64,000 bases of DNA from a virus (taxonomy: Duplodnaviria; Heunggongvirae; Uroviricota; Caudoviricetes). This document shows positions 1 through 11,255 of this stretch, piece by piece. The stretch's first letter is position 1, and each line of letters begins with the position of its first letter. A model generated the notes under the pieces. It was not told the DNA's origin and searched no databases. It saw nothing but the letters and a program-made list of their open reading frames with translations. The position numbers and the translations under genes are program-made. The DNA is taken from the IMG/VR virus record IMGVR_UViG_3300037453_000152. One strand, 5' to 3'.

Positions 1-267
1 ATCAGCTATTCAGCACTTGTGCGCGATGAAATGAAAAACCGCAATTATCGCACAATGGATAGTGTGTGGAATAAAATTATAAGTGTTATGAATGACAGCG
101 AATATTATATTCCCGTCCCAATTGATGAAATTTACAATGCATGGATGGATGTAACATATTTAAAGATATGTTATTATAATCTATATGAAAAATTCTTATG
201 CGGAGGAATTTCACAAGAAGATTGGGATAAAATATATTGGAAATGTTGCGGAGATAAGTTTTTCTAA
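1..267 (+). CDS. 3' end of a plus-strand gene that starts upstream of the window (hypothetical protein)
   Basis: Frame is open from nt 1. TAA at 265-267 is followed by a terminator hairpin. Confidence 0.45.
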   Translation: MSYSALVRDEMKNRNYRTMDSVWNKIISVMNDSEYYIPVPIDEIYNAWMDVTYLKICYYNLYEKFLCGGISQEDWDKIYWKCCGDKFF

Positions 268-270
268 ACG

Positions 271-311
271 AAAAAAGGGAGATACCTTAATAGGTATCTC
301 CCTTTTTTTTT
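271..311. terminator. bidirectional rho-independent terminator
   Basis: Stem GGGAGATACC / GGTATCTCCC with loop TTAATA. A-run upstream and T-run downstream. Confidence 0.7.
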
Positions 312-936
312 ATTCTTCAACGATTTCTGTTGCAGTTAATTCACCACTATCATCAACAGTGATTTTAAACATTTTTTCACTATCTTCAGTTTGAGAATGA
401 AGAATAAGTTTTTCTTCATCGTGACTAAAAGTAGTTCTTGCCTCTGGAGTTAAAGCACTCGCTGGAATTTGATCATCCACTATTGGATAAAAACCAATCC
501 AACCATGTTGGTTATTACCTTTGCCCCAATAAGTATATTCCCAACGATATGGATAAGTGGTTCCACTTGTTAAAATAATATGGATTGTTTTTCCTCCACC
601 TATACCATTTTCTTTTATAATTTCTACAACTGCTTCACCATTTGAAATAGTAACTCCTTTATTGTGGAAGTCGCTACATCTTAATTCTCCTAAGAAAGTC
701 ATACCCTCTATGGCTTCATCGTCATGATCTATGTCATAACAGAAATTAGCAATAGTAGAATTTGTGCGCCAATTTGAATTAAATGGCATATATGCTCTTA
801 ATTCATCTTTTTTAGCATAAATATCTAAATCAGATTTTAAAGCATAATCACTTAAATCAACTTCTGGGGCAGTCAAGTTTCCACTGCCACTACCAGAAGT
901 CTTTTTTGTTAATGCATAAGTAAGTAAATCAATCAT
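310..936 (-). CDS. hypothetical protein, last gene of the minus-strand structural operon
   Basis: ORF track 310..948. ATG at 936 overlaps the upstream TGA as ATGA. TAA stop. Confidence 0.6.
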   Translation of the reverse strand: MIDLLTYALTKKTSGSGSGNLTAPEVDLSDYALKSDLDIYAKKDELRAYMPFNSNWRTNSTIANFCYDIDHDDEAIEGMTFLGELRCSDFHNKGVTISNGEAVVEIIKENGIGGGKTIHIILTSGTTYPYRWEYTYWGKGNNQHGWIGFYPIVDDQIPASALTPEARTTFSHDEEKLILHSQTEDSEKMFKITVDDSGELTATEIVEE

Positions 937-1100
937 ATCGTCACCCACTCATTTTTGCCCATGCATAAATAGACTTTTTCATCTTCTTTGCAAAATACTT
1001 TACTACCTGGATCAGCAAATAAAGATAAAATATTTAATTTATCCAAAGTGGTAATAGCATATTCATTTTTTCCAATAGAAACAATACCTTCTAAATTCAT
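933..1100 (-). CDS. small hypothetical protein (55 aa)
   Basis: ATG at 1100 preceded by GGTGTAG. Ends TGA at 933-935 with an ATGA overlap onto the next gene. Confidence 0.35.
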   Translation of the reverse strand: MNLEGIVSIGKNEYAITTLDKLNILSLFADPGSKVFCKEDEKVYLCMGKNEWVTI

Positions 1101-1124
1101 AATAACTACACCTGCCTTTTAAAA

Positions 1125-1364
1125 TTATTCTTCTCCTTGTGTCTACTCTTCAATTACATCATGTTGATAGTTATCTAATTTAATCTTCTGGCCAGCTTCA
1201 TTTAAAATAAGTGCGCTGTGAAGAGGAATATTGGAAATTGCGGCGGACGCAAGAATAGTGTGATAACGGCTTGCCGCTTCCTAGAAGCTATCATAAGTAG
1301 CAATTGGAGGAATACCAATACTATCATCGGCATATTTTTGAATTTCAATAACTAGGTATTTCAT
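1125..1364 (-). CDS. hypothetical protein (79 codons, 2 in-frame TAG)
   Basis: RBS AAAGGAG then ATG at 1364. No TAA/TGA until 1125. TAGs at minus-strand codons YDSF*EA and EE*TQ. Confidence 0.45.
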
Positions 1365-1403
1365 TTAAAATTTCTCCTTTGATTTTTAAATTTTTAGACA
1401 TTA

Positions 1404-1697
1404 AAGAGATTCATCTATTAAATCTTCAATTTGTCCAATTACTTTTTTATCAATAACAAACCCATCGGCTGTCATTAACATAACCATTTGTAACTAACGA
1501 TCTTCGCGTAAGCACATAGCACCCCAAGTTGAAGCAAACTCGCCAGTTGCTCGTAAAAGTGTTTTATCAATATCATTATTATAATTACGTGAATCAAACG
1601 CTTTTGGATAACCGCTTAATGTGTTATAAGATCCATCAGAACCTACAATTTTTGCATAAACTTCATAAATTTGTCTTTTAATTGGTTGTTCGCTCAT
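1404..1697 (-). CDS. hypothetical protein (98 codons, 1 in-frame TAG)
   Basis: RBS AAGGAGC then ATG at 1697. ORF track 1494..1703 continues through TAG 1491-1493 to TAA. Confidence 0.5.
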
Positions 1698-1713
1698 TTT
1701 CAAGCTCCTTTCA

Positions 1714-4122
1714 TTAAGACATTCGTCTTAAGTTTTGTATATTGTTATCGGACAAATAGGATAAAGATTGTTCTACCCAACTTCCGTTAACTTTCTTATA
1801 AACTTTAGAAATTTGTGTCCAAGTTCCGTTTAATTTTATATACAAAGTATCTGTAATAGCTACAGTGCTTGTAATAACTAAAGTATGCGTAGCATTAATA
1901 TTAGTAAGTCTATATTGATAACTTACAACATCATTGCCATATTTATCCACACCAGTTTCTTCTTCTAGTGTTTGCTATATTCCATTATCTGTTAAAACTA
2001 CATTATCAGTTAAATGGTCTGGAACTATATTAATTGTATAAGAATCTCCAGCAAGTTTAACTTGCTATCCATCTGGGAATAATCTACATCCAGTTCCAGA
2101 AGAAGTAATAAAATAATAACTTACATTACCAAAAACAAAAATCAAACTATGTCCTGCTTGAATATTATTTAAAGTATAAGTATAATCTCCCCCTGCATCA
2201 GTTGCTTCAACCGATAATATTTTCCATTGCAAAGTATCATTATTGCTATCAGTATAATTATCTTTTCTATATTTGATATCAATATAATGAGTTCCAGAAG
2301 GAATAGTATATGTTAAAGTTTGTGCACTAGACGTATTATCGCTAGAAGCGCTACAACTATGATAAGCGCCGCTATCTGCGGTTGAGGTTGTACCTAATGC
2401 AGTATCAACTTGTCCAAAAATACCATAGTCATATGTTGCTTCTGCGTAATTAATATATTGAATAGTTACTAAACAAGAAGTTTCAAAATTGAAATTAACT
2501 CTAGCAACTGCCGCAGAAGACGCTTGACCAGTATTAGTTGAAACATAATATCCTGTATTATTATTTAAATTAAATCCATAACTTGCGCCAGACACTTGGG
2601 TAGTAATCGTATAAGTATTAGTTGGCGCTCCACCAACTAATTGAGAAGTAATATCTACTCCATTATCTAATGCTAATGTTAATTGTGGGTCACTTGGAGT
2701 AATTGTTATAGTATGATTTGTTCCTGCTATAACTCTTGTTGTACCACTACCAGGTGAAGTTGTAGCATTAATACTTGAAATAGTTAAAGGATAATATGTA
2801 TACTGTGGGTCTTCTTCTGGAGGGATATATGCGCCAGCATTATCTATTAAAATAACATGGTCGGCCGCAAGATCATTTAATGAATAAGTCCAATAGTAAG
2901 GATTTTCAGCAGTAACAGTATAATTAACAGTTAATGTAGCACCAAAGAATGACCAAGTTGATTGGGTTGTTGTATTTGAAGTTCCTCTTTGAACTTGAAA
3001 TAGAATTTTTATATTGTTTAAATCTGCGCGAGTCCAAGTTCCACCGCTAACAGTAACAGTTGTTGGCGATGAGTTGCTACCAGTAACAGATACTGAACTT
3101 GTTTTATTTGTTGTTCCACTGCATAAATATACTACATAAGAAGTATAATATGAAGAACCTTGCGAACCACACTTAACTTGACAACTTACTGAAGTAATTG
3201 TTGCATTTGCAGGAATCGAAGAACAATCAAAATTATAATACATTTTTGAAATTTGATTAGAACCTTGAACTGAATACAATGCGCATCGTGTTGTTGAATT
3301 ATGGTCAGTTAAACCATTAGCAATAACATTGGTTGAGTAAATACCATTACCATTATCGCCGCCGGTAGTATCATATACTGAATTAGTGCTATCAAATGAT
3401 GATGGTATAAAAGTTCCTGATGCTGTTGTTGATACACTATTATGACGAACTAATGAACTTGTTATATCAGTATCATTATCAGTAACAGTAATTTCATCTA
3501 TACTTGAACCGTCAATACGAATTTCTGCGCTATTGCCACCTAATATATTTTGACTAGCAGGAGAAACATTTATATCTTGAACTAAAGAAGATGCTACAAC
3601 TGTATATTCTGTTCCTTGTAAAGAATATGTAATATATAATTCAGCACCATAAATATACATAGAAGCGGAACTTGAGGTTTGAGATGTGCCTCTTGTAGCA
3701 GTAAATCTAATTCGTGCTGTTTGTAATTCTGCTAAAGTCCAATTCCCAGCATCAGAAATAGTAGCTGGGCTAGGAGAAGAAGTAGTAGAACGAAAATTTG
3801 CTGTATCACCTTTTGCCGTTGTATTGGCATAAAATTGCGCAATAGCAGAAGCAATACGAGTAGTATTATTAACTCTTGCTTTTATTTTACCACTAACAGA
3901 ACTAATTGTAGCGCCAGAAGGAATTCCTGTTATATTAAAAGTATATGTTACGTATGAAGCAACGCCAGAACCACTATTACAAGTAATTGTTGAATAAGTA
4001 GTGCTAGAAGTATCAGTTTGCGCATTAGCATTATTAGAACCAGTAGAATAAGAAGATTGAGAAGTATTAATTCCAGAAGGGATAAAGGTTAAAGTTTCAC
4101 TTACATTTATAGGTCTTGACAT
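1714..4122 (-). CDS. tail fibre / large structural protein (~802 aa, Ser/Thr/Asn-rich, 2 in-frame TAG)
   Basis: ORF 2065..4122 continues in the same frame through TAG 2065-2067 and a second TAG into ORF 1714..1950. RBS GGAGGG then ATG at 4122. Real TAA at 1714. Confidence 0.75.
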
Positions 4123-4125
4123 TTA

Positions 4126-5400
4126 TTATTGCCCTCCAGTCGTCTGGAAATATAAATCTCCATTACTTCCAGTAGAGGAAGACGGTGCAGATGTGCCAGT
4201 ATAATAAGTATACACTACTAAATTTCCTGTAACCAATGAACCATTAACATAAGCTGTTTTTGTATTTACTATATCACCAGAAGTGGCAGTTGCTCCAGAA
4301 GTAAATGTGCCAGATACTCCAAATATACTAACACCAGATTTAATATTTGCGGCAACCAGGTTCGCGTCACCGGAGATGGTTTGCGCGCCGGTTAAGTAGG
4401 TGCCAGCCGCAATTGCTTGGTTAGAAGTTGATGGAGTAATTGTTGCAGCAGCCTTTGTTGTAACAGATGCAGTTAAAGAAACAGAAGAGTCACCCGCTGT
4501 TCCAGAAGAAATGTAGCCTGCACTTGTGACATTGGGTGTTACACTAATTGTTTTAGTTAGTGTAATAGTATTTGTGCCCGTTGTTAAAGTTGCGCTACTG
4601 CCAGAAATTGCGCTTGGCGCAGTCACTGCGCCGTTTGCAACGGCATTAATTTTATAATATCCACCGGTGCTATTATATCCAGTTGGGATATTAATATACT
4701 AATCCGATGTGCTTCTAGAAATTGTTGCTTTTGAAGTATATCCAGATGTTACGCTTGCTGCCGCAGCGGTGGGCAACGTCATAGATGCTACAGACTGCGA
4801 AGCACTTGACGCATAATAACCTGCGGGCGCAGTTACTGTATCGCCGGATACGGCCAAATCAGTGCTGCTTCTCCTGGTTATTCCAGAGCCAACATAAGAT
4901 GAAGATATAGCGTTAATCTATACAGAGCTTAAAGCATCATATCCATTATCTGGCTCAATGGTTTGACTGCTTTCTGTTGGAGTAATATTTGTTTTTGCTT
5001 GATAAGAAGGTGTTTCTCCTTCAACAGATACATCAACGGTTGCGTAATTAGTAACATCAATTCCTGTTCCATTTGAGGAGATTGCTTTTGTTCCACTTAC
5101 TAATTCGCTTGCAGAAACTGTTACAGCTGTGCCGGTAAGCGTTCCACCGGAGATCACGCCTGCCGTATTGGTGACGCTCGGAGTGATGCTGACAGAGTGG
5201 TTGGACACAGTGCCTTTCGTTGCGGTTGGAGTTCCCTCTGTTCCGCTACCGACTGCACCGGACACCACTTGACCATCTGCTCCGTGTGCCGTGTAGGAAG
5301 AGAGCAGATTGGACGATGCGACTGTATCGGAAGTCAAGTCCATCCAAATTACAGGAGTAGCAGACGCGTTTTCCTTGTAAACGATTTTTGAAATTGCCAT
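4126..5400 (-). CDS. tail fibre-like structural protein (~424 aa, Gly/Ser/Thr-rich, 2 in-frame TAG)
   Basis: ORFs 4918..5400 and 4126..4626 share a frame with no TAA/TGA between them. TAGs at 4918 and ~4720. RBS AAGGGGG. Confidence 0.7.
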
Positions 5401-5412
5401 AGTGCTACCCCC

Positions 5413-6072
5413 TTATGACCACTTTGCTAACTTGTAGCTGTAAGTGACGGATGAAGAAAACCGTGTAGCGTTAGAATCAGTCACCATGTCGAGCGTGAGG
5501 GTTCCGTTTGAATATGTAGCGTGCGGTGATGATGAATCACCGTATCCGCTTAGTGAATGATTGACCTCTCCGACATACTCGCTAAAACCGCCAGTAGAAC
5601 CATCAACGGTTATCATTAACTCTGTGTCTTTAATAATCACCAAAGACACTACACCACGGTACGATGCACTTACGGAAAGGTCACCATAAACATAGATTAG
5701 ATCTGGTGCAAAGGAACAAGAAATCTGCTGTTGAATCGTTCCAGACCCAACGAAAGTTCCGGTATCGGATTGGGCAGAACTACCACCAGATGCAGAACCT
5801 GCGGTCTTGACTCCTTGTGCCGTGTAAAAATATTTTCCTTGGGCAACGTCACTAGCCGTGGCCGTCGTATCTGAGATATCTAGCGCAGTAATGGTGCGAA
5901 TATCGCCACCGCCGGAATCAGGAGTATCAACGATGGAAATAGCTGGTGTATTATTAGAAGTTTCTGTAATAGTAATATCATCTTCCATATATTTTCCAGA
6001 TGTTTTTAATATTTTTGTTGTGTTTGAGAAGGCGGTTAATTGATTGTTTTTATAATTTACTTGAACTGACAT
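5413..6072 (-). CDS. structural protein (219 aa)
   Basis: Intact ORF with RBS GGAGG and a TAA stop. Confidence 0.65.
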   Translation of the reverse strand: MSVQVNYKNNQLTAFSNTTKILKTSGKYMEDDITITETSNNTPAISIVDTPDSGGGDIRTITALDISDTTATASDVAQGKYFYTAQGVKTAGSASGGSSAQSDTGTFVGSGTIQQQISCSFAPDLIYVYGDLSVSASYRGVVSLVIIKDTELMITVDGSTGGFSEYVGEVNHSLSGYGDSSSPHATYSNGTLTLDMVTDSNATRFSSSVTYSYKLAKWS

Positions 6073-6083
6073 AATATACCTCC

Positions 6084-6782
6084 TTAAACTACTGTCCCAT
6101 CATAGGTTGGTAAATCATTAATGGTTAAATATCCAGTTGGATTTGTTGTTGCATTATATGCTGTTGGAATTGTTAAACCAGAAATAGAATCATCTACATA
6201 TTTTTTATTTGCGGCTCCTGTATTAGTTGTTGGAGTTGGAATGCCAGTAACTGAAGTTCTTGTAATGGTGATTGTATTTGATTGAACAGGACCATATGAG
6301 GAAGTAATTAATTTAATTTGATTTTCACCCAATTGAATACTACTTCCGCCATTCTATAACTCAGCATTTAAATAAATAGCTTGTGTTCCTGAGTTACAAT
6401 CTGTACTTACTGTTGCAGAAGTACCACTTATATTATGAGAATTTGAAATAGAGGAATGACTATGACTACTTGCCGCGGCACCAATATCTGCCGCAGAAGA
6501 TGGAATAGTTAAAGTAACTGCGCCAGTCTAACCATTCACACTAGTAACAGGAGCGGAACTTAACTTGTTATTCCAATTTGTAATATCATTAGATGTAATA
6601 CCTGCGGCCGCAGACGCAGTAAAAACAGGGTCTGTTTCAGTGTAAGAAGTTAAATAACCAGCATCATTTGTAAAACTACTTACGGTTGTTGGAATATTTA
6701 TTGCCGTAAGTCTTTCTCTTGCAACAGTATCTTTTAAATTATAAATTGTATTATTTAATTTAACTTTGGAGAGGTCTGCCAT
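6084..6782 (-). CDS. structural protein (232 aa, 2 in-frame TAG)
   Basis: ORFs 6528..6782 and 6084..6332 are in the same frame. TAGs at 6528 and 6354. RBS AAGGAGGG. Confidence 0.65.
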
Positions 6783-6791
6783 TTTTTACCC

Positions 6792-7010
6792 TCCTTACAA
6801 AGTATTTATTACCAAAATATCATCTTCTACTTCATACTAATTACTAATAAAAGGTAAAAGATTTACTTTAGTTTTTCCATCACCAATTTTAATACCATTA
6901 GGTTCAAAATCAGTATATATAATAATCTCCCCTTCTTTTGGAATAAAATTTTTTGCTTTACTCCAATTTTCAGAAGTATCTTTTTTTATTAAAGTCTATT
7001 CTTTAATCAT
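6792..7010 (-). CDS. small hypothetical protein (72 aa, 2 in-frame TAG)
   Basis: RBS AAGGAG then ATG at 7010. Open frame to TAA at 6792. Confidence 0.4.
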
Positions 7011-7024
7011 ATATTTTCTCCTTA

Positions 7025-7063
7025 AAACAAAAAAACGGCTAGGGATATAATTATCCCTAGCCG
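7025..7063 (-). terminator. rho-independent terminator / attenuator inside the structural operon
   Basis: Stem CGGCTAGGGA / TCCCTAGCCG followed by a U-run on the minus-strand transcript. Confidence 0.6.
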
Positions 7064-7151
7064 AGAAAAAATTATATCCCTTATCGTTTCAAAGTTTTAT
7101 AATTTATTTTTTTAAATAATTTCTATCATTTCAAGAAATAAAAAATTTAAA

Positions 7152-8477
7152 TTAGGTAGCTACTCCAAAAGTAACATTGGCAGTCTTAGAAGAGCTATTC
7201 AATGTTGGAGTAATAGTCTCAGAAGCAACAGTAACCTTACCATCAGTGCCGGCCGCAGAAACGGTTGTAGCAACTGTTGGAGTAACGCTCTTGGAAGTTC
7301 CAGAGAATGAGGCTGTAAATGTTGGCTGTGTGACTGTTGCCGCAGTAGAAGTGTAACTTGGTGTAGCGGTTAATAAGGTGCCAGTTCCAGAGAACGAGGC
7401 AGTTGCGCTAGCACCTGTAATACCGGTGACAACGCTTTGAGTTCCAAACGTTGGTAAAGAGCCAGATAACGATGGAGCCGTGTAACTTACTGTGCCAGAG
7501 GCAGTTACAGCAGAACTGGTAGAAGCAGTCGTAAGAATTAATGTTTCAGATTCGTCTGAACCACCAGTGGCGGTGTTGTCTTCTCCAACGGTAGCAACTA
7601 CACCCTCAACAGCGAACGTGCTTGTTGTATCACTACCCTGACTTACAGAACCGTCTGTAAGCTGATAGCTGGTTCCTGAATTGGTAACAGTAGCTACGTT
7701 TCCGGTGCTTGGAGTAACAGTAACGTCAGTTACTGTAACACTACCAGCAGGAGTATAGTTAGCAGTTTGATTTGCTCCTGGAGCGGCAGAAGCAACGGTA
7801 ACCGTGGTAGCCTTATCATAGCTTGCGGCCGCAGCCGTTCCGGCGGTCAGTGAAACTGAACCAGCTGGCGTTACATCAAGAGCATCATATGTTGCTGGAA
7901 CAGAAACAGCAGTTGAAGAAACATCATAATTACCAGCCTTACCGGTTGAAAAACTATTTACAGAATCAACGGTTGAAATAGAGATACTACCATTGTCCTT
8001 ATAGGCAAGAGCCTTTAGTCCAAGAGCGGTCTATAATTCAGATGCAGTAATATTATCCTGCATATCAACGCCAGCAATAGTAAAAGTCTTTACTACATAA
8101 GCATTCTCTGAACCAACTTCACGCCAAGATGTTCCATCATATAACCATTCTGAACCGTTGCTTTCAACAACAAAATCACCAGCGGCGACTGCATCAGTGC
8201 CAGTGGTTGGAACTAGAGTGTGGTCAGATTCGCTGCGAAGATTTAAAGCTGTGCCAATTGCGCCAACCTGTCTACCTACATAATCATAAACTTGACCAGC
8301 GGTAGGGATATCTGTGTTGTTAGCAGCAAAAGAGTTTGTATTTGATGCTACATCATAAGTAACTACAGAACCAAAACTGTCAAGGACAGAACGAGCATCT
8401 GCGTCTTTCATATAATAAACAGTATTACCAAGTTTAACTTTTGAAAGAACTGGTGTATGCGTATATGTTTGAGCCAT
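7152..8477 (-). CDS. major structural protein candidate (441 aa, repeat-rich C-terminus, 1 in-frame TAG)
   Basis: ORF 8031..8477 continues past TAG 8031-8033. Codon-by-codon check finds no TAA/TGA down to TAA at 7152. RBS AAGGAG. A terminator follows the gene. Confidence 0.7.
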
Positions 8478-8495
8478 TGTTTATTATCTCCTTTC

Positions 8496-9026
8496 TTAAA
8501 ATGTAAAAATTAATAATTCTTTATCTGTATCAATTGACGTTTTACATCTTAAATCTAATTCGTCAGTGATACTTTTCTATGTCATAGTTCCATCTGTATT
8601 CTATCCAATAGTAGAATAGAGTTTCACAATGCCAGCCTATTCACTGGTCGCAGAAGGAACTGCGCCATTGCCTCCATTTATCTTTACATATGATATTCCA
8701 TCATAGTGATAAATCTAACTTGTAATTTTATCTATATAGATTTTATTAATCATTGCGGTAGAAATTGTTTGTTTAGTTGGGTCTCTATAAAAGATACCGT
8801 TGTCATAATAGCCGAATTGAACCATATTTCTAATATCTTCATCAGCATATTGTAATTGTCCATACGGTGTTGCGCCATCCCCAACCTTTGCGCGCAGCCC
8901 CTAATTAGCTACATCAACTAGCACAACCTCTCCGCTTGCCGGGATAAAAGTATCTTTTACTTTTTCAAAGTTGAAGTCATTATCTCGTCTTAACTATATT
9001 GTAGCATTAATCTTCTTCATCTTCAT
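8496..9026 (-). CDS. hypothetical protein (176 aa, 6 in-frame TAG)
   Basis: ATG at 9026 lies within the end of the upstream gene. 177 codons without TAA/TGA. Ends TAA at 8496. Confidence 0.5.
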
Positions 9027-9375
9027 CTTCCGCCTCTCTACCCATTACTTCTGAAGCAGACCCTCCAAAAATAACAAGTTCTTTAAAGGATGCTGCGATA
9101 GCGGCGTCAATGGTAAGAGTAATGTCTTCTTTCATTTTAGCCAAGGCAAGTTCCATAATCTCATTTACCAGGTCTTTCTTTGATTCATTTAATAATTTTA
9201 CTACATAATCGTGAATCTATGTCATATCCTAGCTATCATCATCATAATCATTATTCACCGGATAAGGATATGGAATTGGTGGGAAAATATAATGGCTTTG
9301 TGAATAATAGCCTCTCATATTTTCGGTATTGTAATAAGTATGACTTTCACCGCTTAAATAATCACGCAATTTCAT
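9007..9375 (-). CDS. hypothetical protein with acidic C-terminus (122 aa, 2 in-frame TAG)
   Basis: RBS AAAGGGGAGG then ATG at 9375. Open frame to TAA at 9007. Confidence 0.5.
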
Positions 9376-9450
9376 CCTCCCCTTTATTAAGTTTTTCTAC
9401 CTAAAGTTATTAAAAAATACGGTGAATGGTTTAAACAGAAGTAACCAACT

Positions 9451-9479
9451 TTGATTTTATAAAAAAAATATATTATAAT
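9451..9479 (+). promoter_or_regulatory. sigma-A-type promoter (TTGATT-N17-TATAAT) heading the plus-strand early block
   Basis: -35 at 9451-9456 and -10 at 9474-9479. Same architecture recurs at >=9 other sites. Confidence 0.5.
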
Positions 9480-9509
9480 ATATATAGAATGGTGAAAGGG
9501 GTAATAAAA

Positions 9510-9740
9510 ATGACAAACAGAGAAATCGTTATTGAGGTATTAAAGAATTATTCCTGTCTTACAAGTTTTCAAATTAAAGGTTTCGCGCGTCGTATGCTAA
9601 ATGAAGATATTACCCCGCAATCTGCCTCAGGCGTGCTGCGCACGCTGTGCGCATATGGCTACGCTGGTCGGTCACCTGATAGTAATGGTAAAATGGTTTA
9701 TTGGCTTACAGACTATGGAAAGAAGGTGTTGTTGAAGTAA
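9510..9740 (+). CDS. small putative DNA-binding protein
   Basis: RBS AAAGGGG then ATG at 9510 within ORF 9489..9740. Confidence 0.5.
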   Translation: MTNREIVIEVLKNYSCLTSFQIKGFARRMLNEDITPQSASGVLRTLCAYGYAGRSPDSNGKMVYWLTDYGKKVLLK

Positions 9741-10567
9741 TGATTAATCGTTGGCTAATTACTGGCGATACTCATGGTGAATTTTCCAGATTTAAAAATT
9801 ATGATAAAGAGATTCAAGAAGACCCCAATACTGCGGTAATCATTCTCGGCGACGCTGGCCTAAATTGGACGCTGGACGAGCGTGATAGTCAAGTAAAAAA
9901 CCTCCTGAGCAAAAGATACAAGTTTCGCATTTACTGCGTGCGCGGGAACCATGAGGCGCGGCCGCAGGACGTGTCTGGTATGAAACTTATCTATGATGAA
10001 GATGTAGACGGCGAGGTCTATATCCAAGAAAAGTGGCCTAATATCCGCTACTTTAAGGACTGGGGTATTTACACAATTAACGGTCTTGATGTTGCTGTCA
10101 TTGGCGGCGCATATTCAGTTGATAAATGGTATAGGCTCGACCGAGGCGCAATTTGGTTTGAAAATGAGCAATTGGATACCGAGGAAATGCTTGCGGCGAC
10201 CGCTGAACTAATGGGCACAGAAGTTGACATGGTATTCACGCACACATGTCCTATCTGCTGGGAGCCTAGTGACTTGTTTCTTAACGGAATTAATCAAAGT
10301 GGCGTAGATAGGTCTATGGAACTATTTCTGGAAGAGATTGCGCTTTGCTTTGGGTGGAAAGTTTGGTGCTTTGGCCATTATCATGCTGACCGCCTTGAGC
10401 GTCCAGGAGTAGAACAGTTATATAAAGATACCGAAGATTTAATGACAATTTGGCGCAGATGGGAAAACTACAACGGCGAAAATCTTGATTGGTGGCTTGT
10501 AAAATCTCCAATGTTTTATGCCGAAGATTATGTGCTAAAAAGTAGAGACGAGTATTGGAAAAATTAA
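9740..10567 (+). CDS. calcineurin-like metallophosphoesterase
   Basis: GDTHG, GDAGLNW and RGNHE motifs. ATG at 9740 overlaps the upstream TAA. Confidence 0.7.
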   Translation: MINRWLITGDTHGEFSRFKNYDKEIQEDPNTAVIILGDAGLNWTLDERDSQVKNLLSKRYKFRIYCVRGNHEARPQDVSGMKLIYDEDVDGEVYIQEKWPNIRYFKDWGIYTINGLDVAVIGGAYSVDKWYRLDRGAIWFENEQLDTEEMLAATAELMGTEVDMVFTHTCPICWEPSDLFLNGINQSGVDRSMELFLEEIALCFGWKVWCFGHYHADRLERPGVEQLYKDTEDLMTIWRRWENYNGENLDWWLVKSPMFYAEDYVLKSRDEYWKN

Positions 10568-10598
10568 GGGAGAATAAAAATTCTCCCTTTGATTTTTT
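10568..10598 (+). terminator. rho-independent terminator
   Basis: GGGAGAAT / ATTCTCCC hairpin plus a T-run. Confidence 0.6.
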
Positions 10599-10617
10599 AT
10601 TAAAAATTTGATATAAT
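10589..10617 (+). promoter_or_regulatory. sigma-A-type promoter (TTGATT-N17-TATAAT)
   Basis: -35 at 10589-10594 and -10 at 10612-10617. Confidence 0.45.
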
Positions 10618-10649
10618 ATATATGTAAAGATAATAAAGGAGGAAGTTTT

Positions 10650-10961
10650 ATGCCTGGTAGGAAAACCGCTAAGTATTCAGCAGCGTATAACGCGGAAATG
10701 AAAGTTGCTCTGATGGACGCTCTTCTGGAATGCAAGGAAGCAGTCAATATTGACCAGTTGAAACTTATGAGTATCAAACTGACGAATATGACAAACCAGA
10801 AGGTCGCAAGGCTAATGAACGAACTTGTAGAGCAGGGAATTGCGGCAAAGGGTAAAGATAAATCAAATAGAGTAACTTATAAAGCCATTTCTAATATGGT
10901 TGAACAGGGTTATGAGATTGGCCCTGATAGAGGATATGAATATAATGATGAAGGGGATTGA
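10650..10961 (+). CDS. hypothetical protein
   Basis: Intact ORF with RBS AGGAGGAAG. Confidence 0.55.
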   Translation: MPGRKTAKYSAAYNAEMKVALMDALLECKEAVNIDQLKLMSIKLTNMTNQKVARLMNELVEQGIAAKGKDKSNRVTYKAISNMVEQGYEIGPDRGYEYNDEGD

Positions 10962-10966
10962 TAAAT

Positions 10967-11182
10967 ATGGGTGAAAGATATTTTATTGTTAGTGAATCTG
11001 AGCTGCGCGAACTGATTCATGACTCTTTGAAACTATGCGCGCTTGAAAACGGTGGAGTAGATAACTGGGAATGGTATGGTGCTTCAATTCAAGATTTTAT
11101 TGAAGCAAATGGAAATCCAGATTATGGCATATTTGATATTGCTGAGAAAGAATTAGAAAATTATGATGTTTTAGAAGATTAA
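10967..11182 (+). CDS. hypothetical protein
   Basis: RBS GAAGGGG then ATG at 10967. Confidence 0.5.
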   Translation: MGERYFIVSESELRELIHDSLKLCALENGGVDNWEWYGASIQDFIEANGNPDYGIFDIAEKELENYDVLED

Positions 11183-11255
11183 TTTTTTGGACATTTTACA
11201 TTAACTCTGAGTTTGTGAATTTTATATAATATAGAACATAAGGAGGTTTGATATT

